Assembly: GCA_964654805.1 (NCBI GenBank) | Contig: CAZZJU010000003.1 | Location: 1-32,886, forward strand | DNA from: an uncultured Thermotogae bacterium | GTDB lineage: Bacteria > Bipolaricaulota > Bipolaricaulia > UBA7950 > UBA9294 | DNA length: 32,886 bases | Reading direction: 5' to 3' | Part shown: one piece after another, positions 27,037-32,886 of the stretch | Numbering within the stretch: position 1 is the stretch's first letter | How the letters are laid out: every line of letters begins with the position of its first letter | Notes under the pieces: generated by a model | Told to the model about the DNA's origin: nothing | The model's input: only the letters and a program-made list of their open reading frames with translations | Databases searched by the model: none | Program-made: the position numbers and the translations under genes

Positions 27037-27909
27037 ATGAAAGTCCGTCCAATAGTCGTCATCATGTTGCCGCTGGTCCTTGGACTAGTGGCTTTTTCCT
27101 GTGTCGCAGAGCAACAGATACTGCTTCTGCACGGTTGGCACGGAAGTGGGAGCAACTGGGATGAGGTCAAACAGGTATTGACCGATCCTCCATATCTGTT
27201 TAACCCGCACGACATCTTCGCTCCCACTCTGCCTGATACCGTCTCCCTCACCACATGGGCAGAGAATATTGCCTCCTACATTGAATCTATGCCCGTTGGA
27301 GAAGAGCTCACAGTCGTTGCTCATAGCTTCGCCGGGCCAGCAACCCTGCTTCTCCTCATTGCGGCTCAACATATGGAACAGGGCGATTATTCCACGTGGC
27401 TAGCTACTCTGATAAAGTCTGCTCCTGAGCTCTCCCGAATAGCGACAGAACTCTCCTCTGTGGCGGACAAAGGCGTCTGGATAAAAGCAGCAAAGCGGGT
27501 TAGTAAATTATTCCTGTACCATCCGGCTCTCGGCGGGGGCTGTTTTGCGTGTGATGCCTGCGGCGGGATTCCGCTTCCGCTTGTGTGTGACGCCGCAGTA
27601 CAAGACATGTGCGCTCTCTCCAGCGGAAAGGACATCCTGTTCTCCCAGGATGAGATCGCCCACCTTCCCGTACAGATTGTCGACATCTACGCGAGTAAAC
27701 TCGGATGTGCGGGAAACTGTCTCGGAGCGAAGGATACCGATGGGTTCGTCCCCGAGACAGCCCAGCGGCTTTTTTTCACCACCCCTAACTATCATGAAAT
27801 ACCAGGTAAAAAACACTGCCACGTCGATTTTATGATAGATCACGCGGCAGCTGCTGATATGTGCGCGATTATTTTTCCTGTTCCAGCACCTCAGGGATCC
27901 GAGATATAA
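27037..27909 (+). CDS. Secreted cysteine-rich alpha/beta hydrolase (lipase/esterase-like)
   Basis: Signal peptide, LLHGWHG oxyanion motif, VAHSFAG nucleophile elbow, TDGFVP acid and C-terminal His (CHVDF). Confidence 0.75.
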   Translation: MKVRPIVVIMLPLVLGLVAFSCVAEQQILLLHGWHGSGSNWDEVKQVLTDPPYLFNPHDIFAPTLPDTVSLTTWAENIASYIESMPVGEELTVVAHSFAGPATLLLLIAAQHMEQGDYSTWLATLIKSAPELSRIATELSSVADKGVWIKAAKRVSKLFLYHPALGGGCFACDACGGIPLPLVCDAAVQDMCALSSGKDILFSQDEIAHLPVQIVDIYASKLGCAGNCLGAKDTDGFVPETAQRLFFTTPNYHEIPGKKHCHVDFMIDHAAAADMCAIIFPVPAPQGSEI

Positions 27910-28930
27910 AACTGCGCATCAATCGCACCGTGTTCTCGAAATCGTTCAGCCGCATTGTGGAGGTCGGTGAGTGAATGAACCGACACGGCACGGAGACAAC
28001 ACCGGAAAGGATGCCAGCCCGTGTTACATGGATTGCACCAGCGTCAGTTCCTCCATAAGTGGGAAGCTTGTACTGATATGGGATGGCCTCATCATCGGCC
28101 ACTTGCTCTAACGCAGTTATCAGCTTCCGCGAGACGATAATCGATCGATCAGCCACCGTGATCGCCGGACCGCGACCGAGGCGCACCGGCTGGCTTTCCT
28201 CCGGTACCCCTGGCATATCCGCTCCAATCGTACCCTCGAGCGCGATTGCCAGGTCGGGATCGATCTGGTACGCGGCGGTGCGTGCCCCTCGCAATCCCAC
28301 TTCCTCCCCGATAACAAATGCAAAGACAACATCTACATCGAGTTCTTCGTCAACCAAACGGCGAGCGGTCTCCACCATTACCGCACATCCGGCCCGGTCA
28401 TCGAACGCCTTTCCGGTAACGTATCCGGAGTGAAGCTCCATGAACGGGTAGTGAATCGTGAGCGGATCGCCGATCCTGATCCCCATTTCGACGACCTCTT
28501 CTCGCGATGCGGCTCCGACGTCGATGAACATCTTATCGAGAGGAATCGGCTTCTTGCGCTCTTCCTCCGTCAGGATGTGCGGTGGGGCGGAGCCGATCAC
28601 CCCGTAGCGCTTCTCACCGGACCGGGTCATTATTTCCACTCTATGACCAGGAATCACTCGTGGATCCCATCCTCCGATCGGGGAAAACCGCAAATAACCC
28701 TTCTCATCGATCCATTTCACCATGAACCCAACCTCATCCATGTGAGCATCGAGCATCACGGTGAAGTTTCCCTTGCCCTTACGGACGGCGAACAGGTTAC
28801 CCAGGGTATCATCCCACATCGAATCGACGTACGGTGATACAAGCGTTTTGATCTCATCCCGGACTTCATCCTCAAATCCGGAGACACCGAACGCGTCGGA
28901 GAGCCGCCTGAGAGAACTGATCCATTCCAT
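27869..28930 (-). CDS. M42 family aminopeptidase (TET/glutamyl aminopeptidase-like)
   Basis: GVSGFE, DAHMDEVG, IGGWD, GKAFDDRAG, EEVGLRGA, GGTDAG, PCRFIHS. Confidence 0.93.
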   Translation of the reverse strand: MEWISSLRRLSDAFGVSGFEDEVRDEIKTLVSPYVDSMWDDTLGNLFAVRKGKGNFTVMLDAHMDEVGFMVKWIDEKGYLRFSPIGGWDPRVIPGHRVEIMTRSGEKRYGVIGSAPPHILTEEERKKPIPLDKMFIDVGAASREEVVEMGIRIGDPLTIHYPFMELHSGYVTGKAFDDRAGCAVMVETARRLVDEELDVDVVFAFVIGEEVGLRGARTAAYQIDPDLAIALEGTIGADMPGVPEESQPVRLGRGPAITVADRSIIVSRKLITALEQVADDEAIPYQYKLPTYGGTDAGAIHVTRAGILSGVVSVPCRFIHSPTSTMRLNDFENTVRLMRSFISRIPEVLEQEK

Positions 28931-28972
28931 ATCTGCCTCCTTAGGGGTAGGAGAGTATACCCAATTTACGCG

Positions 28973-29000
28973 TTGACTGAAATACCCCTGCTGGTAAAAT
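28973..29000 (+). promoter_or_regulatory. Sigma70 promoter with extended -10 for the thioredoxin reductase-like gene
   Basis: TTGACT-16 nt-TAAAAT with TGn before the -10. Confidence 0.6.
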
Positions 29001-29047
29001 TAAATGTCCCATCTAATCGCAAAAAACGGACTCTTCAGGGAGGAGAT

Positions 29048-30052
29048 ATGTACGATTTAGTGATAATCGGAGGCGGCCCCGCTGCGCTGACTGCGGCGAT
29101 CTACGCCGCCCGCAAGATGCTGAATACAGTGTTGGTTACGAAAGATCAAGGAGGGCAGCTTCTGCTGACACGGGAAATCGAAAACTGGCCGGGAACGCTC
29201 TCCATCGGGGGGTACGATCTCGTGCAAGCGTTTGTCAAGCACGTGGAGCGCTATTCCGTGGAGCAGCGTGTCGGACGTCCGGTGACCGCGGTGCGGTCGG
29301 ACGGAGAGCACTTCGTCGTGGAAATAGAAGGCGGGGAAACACTTTCGTCCAAGGCGGTACTCATCGCCACTGGAGGGCGCAGCCGGCCGCTCAACGTACC
29401 GGGAGAGAAAGAGTTTACCGGACGCGGGGTCTCCTATTGCGCTACCTGTGACGCTCCTCTCTTTTCCGGGAAGCCAGTCGCGGTGATCGGGGGAGGGAAC
29501 TCCGCGTTTGAGGCGGTTATTGACCTTCTACCGATCGCCACTGAGATACATGTGGTGGACGTCGCCGATCACTGGTTCGCCGATCCGATCCTGCAAGGAC
29601 AGGTTCTCGGCGTGGACAAGGTCCATACATACCAACAGCACAGAGTGGTTGAGGTCAAAGGAGATCAATTCGTAAATGCACTGGTGATCGAAGACATGAC
29701 CTCCGGAGAGAAGAAGGAACTACGGGTAGACGGTGTATTCATCGAGATCGGCCTGATCCCAAATTCCGATTTCCTTAAAGGGTTCATCGAGATCAACAAC
29801 CGGGGGGAAATCGTGGTCGACGAGGATATGCGTACCTCGGTCCCCGGGGTGTTCGCCGCCGGCGACGTGATCAACCGGACCGACAAGCAAGTCGTGATCT
29901 CCGCTGGTCAGGGGGCGAAGGCAGCCCTGTCCGCCTACCGTTACCTCGTGGAGGGAGGGAAGCTGGAGGCGCGTGATGCGGTTTCGCCAACTCCGAAGAA
30001 GGAGGAAAAGAAACCCGAGTCCTCCCTGTTCATTCCGCCACGGAACAACTGA
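29048..30052 (+). CDS. Thioredoxin reductase-family FAD-dependent disulfide reductase (AhpF C-terminal-like)
   Basis: YDLVIIGGGPAAL, IATG, GRGVSYCATCD, VIGGGNS, TSVPGVFAAGD. SD GGAGGAG before ATG 29048. Confidence 0.9.
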   Translation: MYDLVIIGGGPAALTAAIYAARKMLNTVLVTKDQGGQLLLTREIENWPGTLSIGGYDLVQAFVKHVERYSVEQRVGRPVTAVRSDGEHFVVEIEGGETLSSKAVLIATGGRSRPLNVPGEKEFTGRGVSYCATCDAPLFSGKPVAVIGGGNSAFEAVIDLLPIATEIHVVDVADHWFADPILQGQVLGVDKVHTYQQHRVVEVKGDQFVNALVIEDMTSGEKKELRVDGVFIEIGLIPNSDFLKGFIEINNRGEIVVDEDMRTSVPGVFAAGDVINRTDKQVVISAGQGAKAALSAYRYLVEGGKLEARDAVSPTPKKEEKKPESSLFIPPRNN

Positions 30053-30076
30053 GTTATTCCCATTAGACTCCTTTAA

Positions 30077-30108
30077 GCCCGGTCTGTGTAACAGGCCGGG
30101 CACTTTTT
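30077..30108 (+). terminator. Rho-independent terminator after the reductase gene
   Basis: GCCCGGTCTGT-gta-ACAGGCCGGGC stem (one G-U pair) followed by ACTTTTT, between convergent genes. Confidence 0.7.
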
Positions 30109-30952
30109 ACCCCAGGAACTTGGCGGTGAACAACGCAAATATCCCTACTCCCCAGCAGTAATATGCGAAATATCCCAGCCGTCCCCTCTGCAGCAGGCGC
30201 AGCAACCAGCGCAGAGCGATGATTCCCGTTATCAGTGCGAATAGTCCTCCCACCAAGTAGGGGCCGAACAGAGATGAACTGATCTGCTCCCGATGGATTT
30301 TCAGGACTTCGATGAGCATCGCCCCAAGGATCGCTGGGATGGCGAGAAGGAAGGAGAACTCAGCCGCCAGCTCCTGCCGCAACCCGAGAAGGAGCCCGGC
30401 TCCAATGGTGAACCCACTCCGGGAAATCCCGGGGAAGATGGCAAGTCCCTGCATCGTTCCGATGATAAACGCATCCCAGATGCGCATTTTACTTAGACTG
30501 CGGTTGTTTACAGCATGCCGGCCAGCGAAAAACAGGAGCACCCCGGTGATCAAAAGGCTTATTCCAACGGCCAGTGCAGAAGTAAACGCCCGCTCAATCT
30601 GCTGTTGCAGGAGCAGCCCAATGACGGCGGTAGGAATGGTCCCGATCAACAGCAACCACCACAGGCGTATCCCATCGGCTCTCTCTCGATCCGTCAGCTT
30701 GATCGGAACAACATAGCTTAACGGTACACGCAGCAATTGGACCACGCGGGACCGGAAGATCCATAGGACCGCAAGTAGGGTAGCAAAATGCACCGTTGCG
30801 TCGAGTAACAGCAGCTTTTCTGCACCCAGCTGCGGCTGGCGCCAAAACACCTGAAGCAGGACGAGATGTCCGGAGCTGCTGATCGGGAGAAATTCCGTCA
30901 CTCCTTGTACGATTCCCAATACGATAACAAACAACCACATGCCCGCTAGCAT
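30107..30952 (-). CDS. uppP: Undecaprenyl-diphosphate phosphatase UppP/BacA
   Basis: LGIVQGVTEFLPISSSGHL, HFATLLA, TIPT, QGLAIFPGISRSGFTI, AAEFSFLLAIPAILGA. Start 30952 or 30940. Confidence 0.95.
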   Translation of the reverse strand: MLAGMWLFVIVLGIVQGVTEFLPISSSGHLVLLQVFWRQPQLGAEKLLLLDATVHFATLLAVLWIFRSRVVQLLRVPLSYVVPIKLTDRERADGIRLWWLLLIGTIPTAVIGLLLQQQIERAFTSALAVGISLLITGVLLFFAGRHAVNNRSLSKMRIWDAFIIGTMQGLAIFPGISRSGFTIGAGLLLGLRQELAAEFSFLLAIPAILGAMLIEVLKIHREQISSSLFGPYLVGGLFALITGIIALRWLLRLLQRGRLGYFAYYCWGVGIFALFTAKFLG

Positions 30953-31051
30953 AGCTCCACCTAGGCCAGCGTGCAACCCATGGTTGCGCTTGTCACTCGG
31001 TCCGGGCTATGCTGCACAATATCGCATGGTCAGACGCGAGAAAGAGGGAAA

Positions 31052-31696
31052 ATGCAACATATTATTTCAGTTATCATTGAAACCGTGGATAAAATGGGTT
31101 ATCTCGGCATCGTCGCCGCGATGTTCCTGGAAAGCTCGTTCTTCCCGTTCCCGAGCGAGCTCGTGCTGCCGCCGGCTGGGTACCTCGCAAGCCAAGGGAA
31201 GATGGAACTGTGGGCCGTCGTCCTTCTCGGAATCCTGGGCTCGATCCTCGGAGCACTGTTCAATTACTGGATCTCGCTTGCGCTCGGCCGACCGCTGATC
31301 CTGCGGCTGGGCCGGTACTTCGGCCTCACTGAACACGCCTACGCCCGGGCGGAATCGTTCTTCCGCCGCCATGGCGAGATATCGACGTTTGTCGGGCGGC
31401 TCATCCCCGGTCTTCGCCAGTACATCTCACTCCCTGCTGGACTGGCGCGCATGTCGATCTCCCGGTTCGTTCTATTCACCGGGCTCGGGGCTGGGATCTG
31501 GACGAGCGTCCTCGCCCTCATCGGCTATCTCATCGGGAATAACCAGGCTCTTGTAACTAAATCGCTCCACCGGGTCACCCTCTATATGGGGATCAGTGTT
31601 GTCGTGTTGGTCACCGGTTACCTTATTTGGTATAAAAGACGAAAAGAGCCGTCAGTAGATTATGAGAACGATGGTGACAACAACGGAGGGAATAAA
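31052..31696 (+). CDS. dedA: DedA-family membrane protein; no stop codon, runs in frame into the ATPase
   Basis: Own translation (absent from the ORF track): MQHIISVIIETVDKMGYLGIVAAMFLESSFFPFPSELVLPPAGYLA...FVGRLIPGLRQYISLPAGLARM...WYKRRKEPSVDYENDGDNNGGNK. SD GAGGG before ATG 31052. Confidence 0.9.
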
Positions 31697-32692
31697 ATGC
31701 TGGATCAGAAACAGCAGGACGGCGATGACGCGCAAAAGGCGAGCGTAGAAGAACTGTTCGCCAAGTTGTCCAGCAGCCCGCAGGGACTGAGCTCGGCCGA
31801 AGCGCAAAAACGGCTCGCTCAGTACGGACCAAATGATATCGAGGAGAAGAAGCAGAGTTGGGTCCTCAAATTTCTCAGCTACTTCTGGGGACCAATCCCT
31901 TGGATGATCGAAATCGCGGCCGGTCTGTCCGCAATTCTCGGACACTGGGACGAGCTCTACATCATCATTTTCCTGCTTGTGTTCAACGCGGTGATCGGTT
32001 TCTGGCAGGAGTTCAAAGCGTCGAGTGCTTTGGATGCCTTGAAGGGGGCATTGGCACTCAAGGCACGGGTACTCCGGGACGGTAAATGGCAAGAGATCCC
32101 AGCTAAGGAACTCGTCCCCGGCGATTACATCCGGATCGTCCAAGGTGACATCATCCCAGCCGACGTGAAGCTGGTCGAGGGGAAGTATTTGACGGTAGAC
32201 GAATCAGCGCTTACTGGGGAATCCCTGCCGGTAACCAAGCAACCCGGTGACGTGACCTATTCAAGCTCCATCGCCCGTCAAGGAGAGATGAATGCCCTCG
32301 TGATCGGGACCGGAATGCACACCAAGTTCGGACGCACCGCCCAATTGGTGCAGAAGGCCGGTGCGGTCTCTCACCTTCAGCGCGCCGTGCTTCACATTGC
32401 CGATTACCTCATCTACATTAGCTTGGGGTTGGCGACCCTGCTCGTCATCGTCCAGTTATTCCGAGGCGATCAGCTGCTCACCATATTCCAGTTCGTGTTG
32501 ATCCTGGTTGTGGCTTCCATCCCGGTGGCCATGCCCGCGGTTATCTCGGTGACGATGGCATTAGGGGCACTGGCTCTGTCGCGAGAAAAGGCGATCGTCT
32601 CGCGCCTTCAAGCGATCGAGGAGATGGCTGGCGTCGACGTGTTGTGCAGCGACGAGACGGTAACCCTGACCCAAAACAAGCTCACGATGGGG
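31697..32692 (+). CDS. Plasma-membrane-type proton-efflux P-type ATPase (P3A), N-terminal half only
   Basis: Own translation: GLSSAEAQKRLAQYGPN, FWGPIPWMIE, VLRDGKW, LVPGD, GDIIPAD, VDESALTGESLPV, SIPVAMPAV, IVSRLQAIEEMAGVDVLCSDETVTLTQN. Own SD GGAGGG lies 6 nt before ATG 31697. Confidence 0.88.
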
Positions 32693-32886
32693 CATGGTCG
32701 AGCTCTCCTTGGACTGCCCGATGGCGAGCAGATCCTGGCGTTGGCCAAAGAGATCGAGACCAAGGGCCTCTCTGTCCGTGAGGTCGAGCGGCTTGTGCGT
32801 TCTCTCAGCGAGGAGCCCGCTCAAGCGAAGGCGCCCGCTCCCAAAGTCGTCGAGCCTGTGCTCGTGCCGTGGGCCAAGTCGATGGA
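32681..32886 (+). other. In-frame ParB/Spo0J-like fragment (post-HTH region), runs off the window
   Basis: LTMGHGRALLGLPDGEQILALAKEIETKGLSVREVERLVR matches the ParB pattern LSMGHARALL...GLSVRE.E.LV. Confidence 0.8.

Noticed and set aside
1-32886. CRISPR arrays, tRNA/rRNA, IS elements, prophage or defence genes
   Set aside because: None recognised by eye. Intergenic gaps are short and explained by promoters or terminators. An Infernal/tRNAscan run would be needed to exclude small RNAs formally.

Overview
This is a gene-dense, GC-rich bacterial core-genome segment. The gene content suggests an anaerobe; a deep-branching lineage such as Ca. Bipolaricaulota is my unverified impression. Order: truncated ribB and ribE (-) | yidC-jag-mnmE and a degenerate TagO/WecA::TagA fusion (+) | recJ, secF, rpsT (-) | class III RNR nrdD-nrdG, xth (+) | Gfo/Idh/MocA oxidoreductase, secreted HExxH protein (-) | rarA, Wzz-like (+) | small RHH protein (-) | acyP (+) | two tandem acyl-CoA ligases, xseBA (-) | rnpA-greA-lysS-PAP2, PLP aminotransferase, secreted Cys-rich alpha/beta hydrolase (+) | M42 peptidase (-) | AhpF-like thioredoxin reductase (+) | uppP (-). 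The last gene is one stop-free reading frame from 31052 to the window end, missing from the ORF track. It reads DedA, then a P3A-type H+-ATPase N-terminal half, then a ParB-like fragment. Both ends of the window switch abruptly to unrelated sequence, which suggests chimeric contig ends. I saw no tRNA, rRNA, CRISPR array or transposase. The main leads are the DedA::H+-ATPase in-frame fusion divergent from uppP, the pseudo-TagO::TagA fusion, an ATA start for rpsT, leaderless genes, the 131-nt rnpA/greA overlap and Asp at the A10 lysine position of both acyl-CoA ligases.
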